This document shows positions 1 through 13,399 of a stretch of DNA of 64,000 nucleotides, piece by piece. The first letter of the stretch is position 1. Each line of letters begins with the position of its first letter. Source of the stretch: Macrostomum lignano (taxonomy: Eukaryota); contig NIVC01000023.1 of NCBI GenBank assembly GCA_002269645.1, positions 496,001-560,000 on the forward strand, read 5' to 3'. Below the pieces are notes generated by a model that was not told where the DNA came from, ran no database searches, and was given only the letters and a program-made list of their open reading frames with translations. The translations under genes and the position numbers were made by a program.

Positions 1-261
1 CGGCTGTTTCTTATTTTTTCGTTTCTGCTGCCGCTTCTTCTGCCGCTGTTCACTGGTGAACGCTTGCAGAGCAGCCTCGCAGCCAATCAGGTTACTCCTT
101 GGCTCCCACGTGTTCCAATCGTCCCCAAAGCCCTTCCATTTGATCAAATAGCGCATCGTATGGCCCCGACCCTTCACCCGCAGAATCTTTTCAACTTCGT
201 ATTCGTTCTCGTGCTCGTTGGCGGCTGGCCAATCGCCGGCCGCTACCGATGGCTGGTCCAT
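1..261 (-). CDS. Chromodomain protein, N-terminal part (HP1/CDYL/MPP8/SUV39-like); runs off the left edge of the window
   Basis: Manual translation from ATG at 261 (absent from the ORF track): MDQPSVAAGDWPAANEHENEYEVEKILRVKGRGHTMRYLIKWKGFGDDWNTWEPRSNLIGCEAALQAF... This shows the canonical chromodomain motifs YEVEKIL, YLIKWKGF and NTWEP..NL, followed by a basic K/R-rich stretch. Confidence 0.85.
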   Translation of the reverse strand, partial: MDQPSVAAGDWPAANEHENEYEVEKILRVKGRGHTMRYLIKWKGFGDDWNTWEPRSNLIGCEAALQAFTSEQRQKKRQQKRKNKKQP

Positions 262-428
262 GCAAAATGATTTCTTTCTCTTAGTACAAAATCTGCTCGG
301 TTCAGCTGTCACCCCAGAGAATCAACAGGAGACTGCGGATGAAGCATACAGATTGACTCAGGAAAGAATCATTATTATAAAATAGATGAGAACAGAGGAA
401 AGCTATTTGAAAGGCTGTTTTGGCAGAC

Positions 429-1047
429 TGTGGTTTCTACAGCCTGTTTTTGTAGTTTCTACAGCCTGTATTTGTGGTTTCTACAGCCTGTATTTGTGGT
501 TTCTACAGCCTGTATTTGTGGTTTCTACAGCCTGTATTTGTGGTTTCTACAGCCTGTATTTGTGGTTTCTACAGCCTGTATTTGTGGTTTCTACAGCCTG
601 TATTTGTGGTTTCTACAGCCTGTATTTGTGGTTTCTACAGCCTGTTTTTGTGGTTTCTACAGCCTGTATTTGTGGTTTCTACAGCCTGTTTTTGTGGTTT
701 CTACAGCCTGTATTTGTGGTTTCTACAGCCTGTATTTGTGGTTTCTACAGCCTGTTTTTGTGGTTTCTACAGCCTGTATTTGTGGTTTCTACAGCCTGTA
801 TTTGTGGTTTCTACAGCCTGTATTTGTGGTTTCTACAGCCTGTATTTGTGGTTTCTACAGCCTGTATTTGTGGTTTCTACAGCCTGTATTTGTGGTTTCT
901 ACAGCCTGTATTTGTGGTTTCTACAGCCTGTTTTTGTGGTTTCTACAGCCTGTATTTGTGGTTTCTACAGCCTGTTTTTGTGGTTTCTACAGCCTGTATT
1001 TGTGGTTTCTACAGCCTGTTCTTGTGATTTCCACAGCCTGTTTTGGG
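429..1047. repeat. 22-bp minisatellite (CTACAGCCTGTATTTGTGGTTT)n
   Basis: About 28 near-identical tandem units. Confidence 0.95.
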
Positions 1048-1380
1048 AGCTGTACTGCTAGGGTGTTTTGTACAATTATTAAACTACTGTCTTTGAACTG
1101 TAACAGCATAAAAAGCTTAAGATCAATAAAAGAAAGAGACAGACTGGCAATATTATCTGCGCAAATTCTGCTACATTTTGCGGTAATGAAAATAATATAA
1201 TTATAATAATACTACCAGAGTAAGAATAAAAAAGTACCAAAACAGATCTAAATTAATCTGCAAGTTATTAATAATTAAACAGTTCAATTACAAATATTCA
1301 TACAGATAAGGACAAAGAAAAACTTCGAGTCATACAGTTACAGATAAGGCAAAATTGGGTTGAATAACGAAATACTCAAT

Positions 1381-1895
1381 TAGATTAGCAATCTATTCTA
1401 CTAATATATATTTACCTGATTAGATTAGCAATCCGTTCTACTCATTCATATATAATCAACTAGATTAGCAATCCGTTCTACTCATTCATATACATGTATA
1501 ATCAACTAGATTAGCAATCCGTTCTACTCATTCATATATAATCAACTAGATTAGCAATCCGTTCTACTTATTCATATATAATCAACTAGATTAGCAATCC
1601 GTTCTACTTATTCATATATAATCAACTAGATTAGCAATCCGTTCTACTCATTCATATATAATCAACTAGATTAGCAATCCGTTCTACTCATTCATATATA
1701 ATCAACTAGATTAGCAATCCGTTCTACTCATGCATATATAATCAACTAGATTAGCAATCCGTTTTACTCATTCATATATAATCAACTAGATTAGCAATCC
1801 GTTTTACTCATTCATATCTACTCAATTAGATTAGCAATCTATTCTGCTCATATATATTTACCTGACTAGATTAGCAATCCGTTCTACTCATTCAG
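1381..1895. repeat. 40-bp minisatellite (TAGATTAGCAATCCGTTCTACTCATTCATATATAATCAAC)n
   Basis: About 12 tandem units. Confidence 0.95.
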
Positions 1896-2360
1896 ACAAA
1901 TACTAGCAGTTATCCTTTATCTGTAAAAATATCTCAACAGAAATACGGAAACTTACACAAATGTACTATGAGACGAATAAATACATTTCTAAGAAAACCC
2001 TGACGGTCAGCCAGACACTTACAATGTACATGCAATACATAGAAATCAATGAAGTAAAAGTATACAATAACAATGTCTACTTATAAGGTTACGATGATCT
2101 TTGATTTACATTCACGACTAGTAAGTACTATTGGTTAAAATGCGAAGAACTCTGCTATTCCGTTAAAAATTGCTATTGTTAATAAAAAAGAGAAGACTTT
2201 TACACTACTAACACTGATAGTAGCATCAAAGAATTTTTGCTGTTAAATAATTGTCACTTGATAGAAATTGCGCAAATAATTATTAGAATAATTGAATAAG
2301 CTTCTATGCAATTAAAGTAGTGATTAGTAATAAGACGTACATATCACTCCAACAGGACTC

Positions 2361-5300
2361 TTATAAATTTGTCGACAAATTTAATACACCACGTGACCAA
2401 AGCGACGATAATAAAAGTTGAATAAACAGTAATATTAATAATTGTCTATCAGTTGTTGACGCATTGAAATTTCTTGCTCCAACGTTCGGTAAGCTACTAT
2501 TAGTAGCATTGTTAGAATCGGTTAAATTGGCGTTATTAATAAAGTCCACACTAAAATCAGAATCTGATGCGGCTGATGACGCGGTCTTTCTGCCTAGGGA
2601 AGCTGGTGATGTGCACATTATCTTGATATTAGTCCGATTCGAACTTGAAGGTGCGTAGCAACAACATTGAGTGTAGCCTGTGCACCGATCTGACATTCTG
2701 GTGCCCTTGTAGCTGTCCTCTGCAATGGGCCAAGAACAAGAGGGGGGTAGGTGCGAGTATAGTGCTGTTGGAATTGGCACTCTCGGATTGTCACTTCACT
2801 GCTTGGGTTATCACTCCCCGGGCGTTTTCACTGATTGTCACTCCAATACTGATTGTCACTCCAATACTGATTGTCACTCCAATACTGATTTTTGTCACTC
2901 CAATACTGATTGTCACACCAATACTAAGGATTGTCACTCCAATGCTAAGGATTGTCACTCCAATGCTAAGGATTGTCACTCCAATGTTAAGGATTGTCAC
3001 TCCAATGTTAAGGATTGTCACTCCAATGCTAAGGATTGTCACTCTAATGCTAAGGGTGTCACTCCAATACTGATTGTCACTCCAATACTAAGGATTGTCA
3101 CTCCAATGCTAAGGATTGTCACTCCAATGCTAAGGATTGTCACTCTAATGCTAAGGGTGTCACTCCAATACTGATTGTCACTCCAATGTTAAGGATTGTC
3201 ACTCCAATGCTAAGGATTGTCACTCTAATGCTAAGGGTGTCACTCCAATACTGATTGTCACTCCAATACTAAGGATTGTCACTCCAATGCTAAGGATTGT
3301 CACTCCAATGCTAAGGGTGTCACTCCAATACTGATTGTCACTCCAATGCTAAGGATTGTCACTCCAATGCTAAGGATTGTCACTCCAATGCTAAGGATTG
3401 TCACTCCAATGCTAAGGATTGTCACTCCAATGCTAAGAATTGTCGCTCCAATATGAGAATTGTCACTGTCGTACCAGAATGGTCACTCTATGATCAATAG
3501 CTCAGCATTGGCACACCGCCTACAAATACCGACACTTAGCAATCTCAAAACATAATCCCAAAATCCCAAATTTATTTAGTTAATAGCTGCTCTATTAACT
3601 ATTTAAACGAAATGATAAAAAATCGCAATATTCCCATGGGGGGAATAAAAATTGCAAAGCGGAACAAAAATATGCCTTAATTACAGTATCGAATTACGCT
3701 ATCCCTGGGTAGGCTTACACAGTGACAGGCATGGCAGGCAGGCATGCTGACACATACACACCCGCTTTTAGGCATATTCAGTCTGGCCTAAGTGCCGCCA
3801 GCTTGAGTAGCAATTTCCCAGAGCGGCACTATGGTGAGCAGTCGGGTTGGTACTAGAAAGGTCTCATTAAAAGCCAATGTTTTTTTATTTAATATACATG
3901 GCAAGTGGCAAGGTATAATTTCATTTTGCATGAAATTTTGCGCTAGAGGGCATGTGGTTCCCAGCAGCACCAATTTACTGGCAAAAAAGCCTCAGGAACC
4001 TCCTTGCGAAAAAAGCGTTGCAATAATTTTAGTAGCTTTGGCGCCGCCTTGCAGTAGCTTTGGCGCTATTTTGCAGTAGCTTTGGCGCCACCTTGCAGTA
4101 GTTTTGGCGCTATCTTGCAGTAGCTTTGGCGCTATTTTGCAGTAGCTTTGGCGCCGCCTTGCAGTAGCTTTGGCGCTATTTTGCAGTAGCTTTGGTGCCA
4201 CCTTGCAGTAGCTTTGGCGCCACCTTGCAGTAGCTTTGGCGCTATCTTGCAGTAGCTTAGGCGCCACCTTGCAGTAGCTTTGTTGCTATTTTGCAGTAGC
4301 TTTGGCTCCAACTTAATTTTAGTTTTGGCGCCGTCTTGCAGTGGCTTTGGCGCCATCTTGCAGTGGCTTTGGCGCCGTCTTGCAGTGGCTTTGGCGCCAT
4401 CTTGCAGTGGCTTTGGCGCCGTCTTGCACTACAAGTATCGCACCCTAAAATGACAGTTGCCAAATGAAACGCCTATGCATGAACAGCAAAACTCACCGTG
4501 ACAGAGAAACACTGGTTCGCCGGCATTTGAGAAGTCGTCAGACGGGGTCAAATAAGGACATTCGGTCTCAACTGATTGGCACCATTCGGAGCAGGGGTTC
4601 ACTTGGGTTAAGGAGTCGTTAATGTCGTACACGTTGAACTTTACTGAGCACAGCCAGTCTCTGTACATTGTCTGTGAAGGAAAAAGGGTTGGCAAGTTGC
4701 TAGTAGTTAGTGAGTTCAGAGGCTGTATGTGGGGGGGGGGGTTAATATTGACGACGTTCTGGGAGGCTGGCCGAGCAACTGAGAATCTGGAAGGCTGGCC
4801 CAGCAACTGACACTCTGGGAGGCTGGCCCAGCAACTGACACTCTGGGAGGCTGGCCCAGCAACTGACACTCTGGGAGGCTGGCCCAGCAACTGAGGATCT
4901 GAGGCTGGCCGAGCAACTGAGGATCTGAGGCTGGCCGAGCAACTGAGGATCTGGAAGGCTGGCCCAGCAACTGAGGATCTGGGAGGCTGGCCCAGCAACT
5001 GAGGATCTGGAAGGCTGGCCCAGCAACTGAGGATCTGGGAGGCTGGCCCAGCAACTGAGGATCTGGGAGGCTGGCCCAGCAACTGAGGATCTAGGAGGCT
5101 GGCCCAGCAACTGAGGATCTGGAAGGCTGGCCCAGCAACTGAGGATCTGGGAGGCTCACGTACCCAAAATCAAGCGCAGGGAGTCGATTCTGATGGGCAT
5201 TGAAGCGCCGCAAAAAGTAAGAAACTAACAGTGGGACTATTATATATTATTATTATAAAAGTGGACTATAATACACAGACGCCCATCGAAAATCGAACTA

Positions 5301-8300
5301 AGGAAACTTAGAGAACACAATTTGTGAGGAAAATATAATGCGCTACAATTATATATAATATAATTGGAGCTAATGAAGTGCGAACTCATCAATAATAAAG
5401 CTACATATGTATAACTGAGTTCGAAGAAGCCTGAGCGCAATAAAGATGGAAAGAAAAAGGGAAGAGAAGACGGAAAAAGGATTAGAGAGGCCGCTTTAAA
5501 TGAAGCATGTTTGAAGAGGGCTGTCTGCCTGACTTGGGAAGAAAGTGCTCAAAGTGAATGGGAGAAGTGCTCAGGCACGAGGTTGGTGTATAATGAACAC
5601 ACACCGAATGGAGTGGAACAGTTAAAGGACGTCAGACCGTGTTAATTAAGAAAAAAACATACACTGTACGCTGGCGGGCTATTTTTTACATAGAGATTTT
5701 TTATCGTTGTCAACTCTTTCGCAATTCGACCATTGAGGTTGGTATTGGTCAACCCCCAAATTATCACCATCATTGCTGTTTACCATACATATCGAGCTAG
5801 GTATAAAATAGGACGGCATTCGAGCAATTCTGTGTGAGCTTTATCTGCTTTCTGCTACCACTAACTCGTATTAATTTCCTGGTGAGCTTTGGAAGATGAA
5901 TAATTCCCCGTGATATTTGACAGATGAACAATCCCCCATGATCATTAACAGATGAACAATTCCCCATGATCATTAACAGATGAACAATCCCCCATGATCA
6001 TTAACAGATGAACAATCCCCCATGATCATTAACAGATGAACAATCCCCCATGATCATTAACAGATGAACAATCCCCCATGATCATTAACAGATGAACAAT
6101 TCCCCATGATCATTAACAGATGAACAATCCCCCATGATCATTAACAGATGAACAATTCCCCATGATCATTAACAGATGAACAATTCCCCATGATCATTAA
6201 CAGATGAACAATTCCCCATGATCATTAACAGATGAACAATCCCCATGATCATTAACAGATGAACAATCCCCCATGATCATTAACAGATGAACAATCCCCC
6301 ATGATCATTAACAGATGAACAATTCCCCATGATCATTAACAGATGAACAATCCCCCATGATCATTAACAGATGAACAATCCCCCATGATCATTAACAGAT
6401 GAACAATTCCCCATGATCATTAACAGATGAACAATCCCCCATGATCATTAACAGATGAACAATCCCCATGATCATTAACAGATGAACAATTCCCCATGAT
6501 CATTAACAGATGAACAATTCCCCATGATCATTAACAGATGAACAATTCCCCATGATCATTACCAGATGAACAATTCCCCATGATCATTAACAGATGAACA
6601 ATTCCCCATGATCATTAACAGATGAACAATTCCCCATGATCATTAACAGATGAACAATTCCCCATGATCATTAACAGATGAACAATCCCCCATGATCATT
6701 AACAGATGAACAATCCCCCATGATCATTAACAGATGAACAATTCCCCATGATCATTAACAGATGAACAATCCCCCATGATCATTAACAGATGAACAATCC
6801 CCCATGATCATTAACAGATGAACAATCCCCCATGATCATTAACAGATGAACAATTCCCCATGATCATTACCAGATGAACAATTCCCCATGATCATTAACA
6901 GATGAACAATCCCCCATGATCATTAACAGATGAACAATCCCCCATGATCATTAACAGATGAACAATCCCCCATGATCATTAACAGATGAACAATCCCCCA
7001 TGATCATTAACAGATGAACAATCCCTCATGATCATTAACAGATGAACAATCCCCCATGATCATTAACAGATGAACAATCCCCCATGATCATTAACAGATG
7101 AACAATCCCCCATGATCATTAACAGATGAACAATTCCCCATGATCATTAACAGATGAACAATCCCCCATGATCATTACCAGATGAATAATTCCCCATGAT
7201 CATTAACAGATGAACAATTCCCTATGATCCTTAACACGTGAACAATTCCGTGTATTGAATGTCAAACACTAACTCTTTGACTAGAATTTTGTGAAGTATT
7301 ATTTGGATTTTAAATGGAAAACGGCAAAGCCAAAGGATATTAGGATAGAATCCCAGTTTCATCTATCCCCTGCATCAGGTACAGAAAGGGAGAAAAAGCC
7401 AGTTAAAGCACTGGAGAGAGATGGGATAGATCTGGGACAGCTGCCGCTCTCTGACTGTTGTACAGTTAGTTACACATGAAAGCATTTTATCTGTTTGACT
7501 TTCACCTGGCCTGCAGAAGAGGCATAAGTATAGATGTAAAATACCGAAACTTTACCTATAAACGTACATACTGTATACTGTGTGATATTATAAGATAAGC
7601 ATACCTACGAGGTTTTACAGCCTACAAAATGTCAAGACCCAAATGTTTAAACTTAAGGCGTATGGCAGTTAGCAGTCTATTTAATCTTGCGGGTAATGCA
7701 ATTTAGTCTTCGGCGGCAGGATACACGTATTATTGGTTCAATTGCAACACTTTACCTTTTTAAAGCCAAGTTTGACCCTGCGAGCACTCATTTTAATCAA
7801 GCATGCATTCATTTTAACCTAAAGTCGGTGCTCGCAGGATCAAGGTACGGATAGGCTGCTGATAGGGTAGGAAAGTTTTACCAATCTACCGTTCTACTAT
7901 CCAAAATCTCTACCATTTAATGCTTTACCGTTCTACAATCTACCATCTACCATTCTACTATCTACCGTTCTACCATCTACATTCTACACTCTACCATTCT
8001 ACCATCTACGTTCTACACTCTACCATTCTACCATCTACCGTTCTACACTCTACCATTCTACCATCTACATTCTACACTCTACCATTCTACCATCTACCGT
8101 TCTACACTCTACCATTCTACCATCTACCGTTCTACACTCTACCATCTACCGTTCTACACTCTACCATTCTACCATTTACCGTTCTACACTCTACCATTCT
8201 ACCATCTACCGTTCTACACTCTACCATTCTACCATCTACCGTTCTACACTCTACCATTCTACCATCTACATTCTACACTCTACCATTCTACCGTTCTACA

Positions 8301-11300
8301 CTACTATTCTACCATCTACCGTTCTACACTCTACCATTCTACCATCTACATTCTACACTCTATCATTTACCGTTCTACACTCTACCATTCTACCATTTAC
8401 CGTTCTACACTCTACCATTCTACCATCTACCGTTCTACACTCTACCATTCTACCATCTACATTCTACACTCTACCATCTACCGTTCTACACTCTACCATT
8501 CTACCATTTACCGTTCTACACTCTACCATTCTACCATCTACCGTTCTACAATCTACCATCTACCATTCTACTATTTACCATTCTACCATCTACCGTTCTA
8601 CACTCTACCATTCTACCATCTACCGTTCTACACTCTACCATTCTACCATCTACCGTTCTACACTCTACCATTCTACCATCTACCGTTTTACACTCTACCA
8701 TCTACCGTTCTACAATCTACCATCTACCATTCTACTATTTATCATTCTACCATCTACCGTTCTACACTCTACCATTCTACCATCTACCGTTCTACACTCT
8801 ACCATTCTACCATCTACCGTTCTACACTCTACCATTCTACCATCTACCGTTCTACACTCTACCATCTACCGTTCTACAATCTACCATCTACCATTCTACT
8901 ATTTACCATTCTACCATCTACCGTTCTACACTCTACCATTCTACCATCTACCGTTCTACACTCTACCATCTACCGTTCTACAATCTACCATCTACCATTC
9001 TACTATTTACCATTCTACCATCTACCGTTCTACACTCTACCATTCTACCATCTACCGTTCTACACTCTACCATTCTACCATCTACCGTTCTACACTCTAC
9101 CATTCTACCATCTACCGTTCTACACTCTACCATTCTACCATCTACCGTTCTACACTCTACCATTCTACCATCTACCGTTCTACACTCTACCATCTACCGT
9201 TCTACAATCTACCATCTACCATTCTACTATTTACCATTCTATCATCTACTGTTCTACACTCTACCATTCTACCATCTACCGTTCTACACTCTACCATTCT
9301 ACCATCTACCGTTCTACACTCTACCATTCTACCATCTACCGTTCTACACTCTACCATCTACCGTTCTACAATCTACCATCTACCATTCTACTATTTACCA
9401 TTCTACCATCTACCGTTCTACACTCTACCATTCTACCATCTACCGTTCTACACTCTACCATCTACCGTTCTACAATCTACCATCTACCATTCTACTATTT
9501 ACCATTCTACCATCTACCGTTCTACACTCTACCATTCTACCATCTACCGTTCTACACTCTACCATTCTACCATCTACCGTTCTACACTCTACCATTCTAC
9601 CATCTACCGTTCTACACTCTACCATTCTACCATTCTACCGTTCTACACTCTACCATTCTACCATCTACCGTTCTACACTCTACCATTCTACCATCTACCG
9701 TTCTACACTCCTACCATTCTACCATCTACCGTTCTACACTCTACCATTCTACCATCTACCGTTCTACACTCTACCATCTACCGTTCTACACTCTACCATT
9801 CTACCATCTACCGTTCTACACTCTACCATTCTACCATCTACCGTTCTACACTCCTACCATTCTACCATCTACCGTTCTACACTCTACCATTCTACCATCT
9901 ACCGTTCTACACTCTACCATCTACCGTTCTACACTCTACCATTCTACCATCTACCGTTCTACACTCTACCATTCTACCATCTACCGTTCTACACTACCAT
10001 TTTACCATCTACGTTCTACACTCTACCATTCTACCATTTACCGTTCTACAATCTACCATTTACCATCTACAATTCTACTGATCTACCATCTAAAGTTTTA
10101 CGTTCTACCCTGCTATCGCCTACCATTCTAACATGTAATTTTTTATCGTTCACCTTTTTCCATTTTAAATTTGAGAAAGACCAGACAGTCCAAATCTGCC
10201 TCATTTCCGGACACAGCAGACAGTCCAGAAGCTTAAGAATGATTTTATAAAACATTATAAAAATATATAAATCGAACTTATTTTAGTACGTCAACTGATT
10301 TCTTTAAAAGCTTGGATAGATTCAGTCGTAAGATTAATTATCTAACGGCCACTTATGAAACGCAGGCAAACGCAGTTAGGAAAAAAAGATTACAGATTAA
10401 GGGCCCCCCACACCCTCAATTACCCCAGCTAATGCTGGCACCCATTTTACAGCTGGGTGAACTGAAGCAATGCAGAGTTAAGTGTCTTGCTCTATGACAC
10501 AAATTGTTCCAGTAGGATCAGGAATCGAAACCCCGACCTTCAAGTCGCGAGTGCGACGCTCTGACTACACAAGGCTACAACCCCTTTTGGCTACAACTCG
10601 ACGCGAGACATGCAGATAGAATGAGGGTGAGACGAGATTTGATGACGTAAGTCAGATAAAATAGAAGACAGAGAAGAGACGTAGATATAGATGGACTGAG
10701 ATTAGATCTCGGTGAAGAGAGATGAGATCTTTATAGAGTGCGATGAGATATAGAGATACACGGATGGTGAGATTAGATCTCGTCAGTAAAATGAGGTCTT
10801 AACAAAATGAGATAAGATCTCGGCGAGATAGATACATACGGATAGTGAGATTAGACCTCATTAGGTGTAAACAAAATGTGAGAGAAGACCAATTAAAAAT
10901 GAAACTCACCTGACAGGCCTGCATCTGTCTCTGGTGCGCCGCCCTGTCCACAGAAGACTTAGTAAAATAGATTCGATCAACAAGCAAATGAAAATTTTCC
11001 AATACAAATTCTAATTCAGCCGATACAATCAATAGCCGATCGATACAGTCGCAGGCTAACGATCTGACGGCTCGCACTGCTGTCAGATTACGTTCAGAAA
11101 GTGTCTTTGTTAAAATGGCAGTAAGATTAGAGCAGCCATAGAATTGGGGCAGAACATACTGGACAGGAAGGTGGCGACAATTCGGCACTCGGTACAGACT
11201 GCGATTGAACCGGTTCAACAATCTAGCTAGGAGTAGCAATTCAGACTCGGAAGATTGGTTATTATTATCATTATAGTTCTCCTGACAGAGCTGGATAATT

Positions 11301-11704
11301 AAAAGATGATGATTTGTCAGCGCAATAACTGTTGAATTATCAACATCGTCTACTTCTGCTGTAGCAGATGACAGATCGAACGATTGCTGACTACGCCGAG
11401 TTCGACTAGGAAATGTCTTGGGACAGATTGACAGCACTGTAGATAGGAAATCAGCTGGTTCTTCACTAGCCGAGGCCAAACAACTCAACACTATTAATAT
11501 TATCAGTAAACAGAAGAAGATATTTCCAAAACGAATTATTACAGATGAATTTCTGCTAAATCTTCGCCTTCGTTCACTACAGAACCGATAGCAACTGCTG
11601 GCATTGTTGTCAACGCTGTTACTGGACAAAGAGCGGCAATAGAAGCGATTGTTGATCACCTCGCTACCGCCGCAACAGGCGCCGCCAGCAACGCAGCATG
11701 GCAT
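2361..11704 (-). CDS. NALF1: NALCN channel auxiliary factor (NALF/FAM155/NLF-1/Mid1-like), 3 exons: 11704-10910, 4671-4497, 2719-2361
   Basis: Exon 1 has a hydrophobic segment (IFFCLLIILIVLSCLASA) and CDCIDRL...ACQ. Exon 2 TMYRDWLCS...NPCSEWCQSVETECPYLTPSDDFSNAGEPVFLCH matches the FAM155 Cys-rich domain pattern (YxxWLCS, PCxxxCxxVxxxCP, GxxxFxC). Exon 3 has CTGYTQCCC and a hydrophobic C-terminal tail. GT-AG junctions are phase-compatible (0, then 1). The start ATG is uncertain. Confidence 0.8.
2832..3470. repeat. 21/18-bp minisatellite (GATTGTCACTCCAATGCTAAG)n in NALF intron 2
   Basis: Direct tandem units in two length variants. Confidence 0.95.
4030..4428. repeat. 22-bp minisatellite (GCAGTAGCTTTGGCGCCACCTT)n in NALF intron 2
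   Basis: Direct tandem units. Confidence 0.92.
4757..5157. repeat. 28-bp minisatellite (GGCCCAGCAACTGAGGATCTGGGAGGCT)n in NALF intron 1
   Basis: About 14 units; same family as 21903-22128 (reverse complement). Confidence 0.95.
5920..7240. repeat. 28-bp minisatellite (GATGAACAATCCCCCATGATCATTAACA)n
   Basis: About 47 highly homogeneous units. Confidence 0.97.
7885..10100. repeat. Complex 30-bp satellite (CTACCATTCTACCATCTACCGTTCTACACT)n built from 7-8-bp CTAC modules
   Basis: Tandem modules with recurring higher-order blocks. Confidence 0.95.
10380..10584 (-). mobile_element. tRNA-derived CORE-SINE copy
   Basis: On the minus strand, a tRNA-like head with B box GTTTCGATTCC (10531-10521) is followed by TGTGTCATAGAGCAAGACACTTAACTCTGCATTGCTTCAGTTCACCCAGCTGTAAAATGGG, which resembles the MIR/CORE domain. 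The 3' boundary is approximate. Confidence 0.65.
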
Positions 11705-13399
11705 GGAGAGCGACGCTGCCAACTGTTCTCTGTTAACTTGATAATCTTCTCTGTTGTTTGTGTTTCTCTGTTCAATAAAAAATGTCTTATCTTTGAAAAT
11801 TCATGCCAACAATTGAGTTGACCAACTGCAAGGTATAAAATAGAAAGTCTGGACTGTTTTTCTCTTGCTTTTTTAGTCTGGACTTGACTTTCAATTTTAA
11901 AAGTTGCTAACCCTTGACACTGCACGGCATTGCGTGCATGCAGTTACTGGAACTTTTCTCCTGTTTTCTGTCTCTCTATCTTGTCTGTTCTATCTTCTTT
12001 TTAATAGTTGAAAAAACGTACAAACCCCTACCCAGCTGAAAGAGGATTAAGATCCCGAAACAGAGGGAGAGAGCTAAGTGCGCGAGGGCAACCCATTTGT
12101 AGACTATTCCCTATTGGCTGCCCCAAGGGGGTGGTGGTGGCATTTTTTCGACAAGGCAAAGCAGCACAGAAAGGGATATCTTCAGAGCGAAGCGAGGTCG
12201 GTGACTTTTAAAGAGACTTGGACTGGAATCGGACAGGCGACCATCCGAACTGGAGGCTATCACTATAGAATTTGAATATTTATATGATCAGCAAATTAGC
12301 GCAAGCAATCTGCACAGGTTAAGCAGAGTTGACAGCGGTTAGTGCGTATACCATTCTCAAGGCAAACTGAATCGGATTCTTGGGATAAGCCTAGAACGAA
12401 TACTGTACACAATCTCAACTGTACTACGTCCATTTATACTACCGAGTGACGGCCGATTTGAGAATGTCTATGGGGCGTCGTTCCAGTCCAATTGTTCTAC
12501 TAGTAACTAGAAGTCCCTGTTCAGCGAGTTTTTTTCTCTTTTGCTCTTTGATGCACGTTGGAAACCGGGTGGAAGGAGGCTGGGTGGTGGGAAAGAGGGA
12601 AAGCAAAAAAAACAGTGTATATATACATATATATAAATGGGAAAATGGTTTCACCGCGCGCGCAATGTCCCTTATTCCATCGCCAAGGCATTGCAGTTCC
12701 CTTCTATCCCTTCATCTTCATCTCTCCTTCTATCATTCGCAGTGCCTCAACCTCCAGCCCGCGCTATTCTCTGGTACCGTTGTCAGGCCAAGCCATCAAA
12801 TTATACACACGCGCAGAGTCTATACTGTATCAATATAGCATTTTCTATTCCCCCAGCTTCAAGACCATGGAAACCAAAAGAGGAGAGAAAAGAACTGTAA
12901 ACCCACTGAAACTCTTTCTTTACTTCAATTTCTCTAATAATTTATAAATTTGGACTGAGTATTAATGCATTCGAGATGATAATATGCATATAGATTAATT
13001 GGAGTCGATTATAAACATCTATCCACCATAGCTATAACTCGCAACACGCATGCATAGAACTACGCATAAGAACTAGAGAACTGCGTCATTCTAATAATCC
13101 AAAAAACAGGTTTGTGTTTCACTTCCAAAAAAGTCGGCCCACAGAGTCCCGCCCACACACACGCGCGCGTGGCTCCTAAATTGGAGGCGGAAAAGGAAAA
13201 CACATAGAGCAATAGTCCTAGCTGCAAAGTCATTAGAAAATCTATATTTCTGTATGATATCGAGAGAAAATGTGGAATAGAGATTCACGTCATTAAAATA
13301 ATAAGCCCTGTTTTCGCGCAAGAAAAAAACTAAAATTTTAGAAGTACAGAAAGGAGTTTCAAATCAGTCAGGAACTTGTAGGGATTGATACCTTTGAGG

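Noticed and set aside
386-1200. Long ORFs in three frames (FLQPVFVVSTACICG repeats)
   Set aside because: They are translations of a 22-bp tandem repeat that lacks stop codons; there is no coding evidence.
5920-7240. Regular 28-bp repeat considered as a CRISPR array
   Set aside because: The units are contiguous with no unique spacers, there are no cas genes, and the context is eukaryotic. The same applies to the other 26-50-bp arrays.
7920-10250. 776-aa ORF
   Set aside because: It is a low-complexity translation of the CTAC satellite within NALF intron 1, on the antisense strand.
12008-12947. Short ORFs upstream of NALF
   Set aside because: No recognisable domain and no consistent splice model; probably UTR/promoter or decayed repeat sequence.
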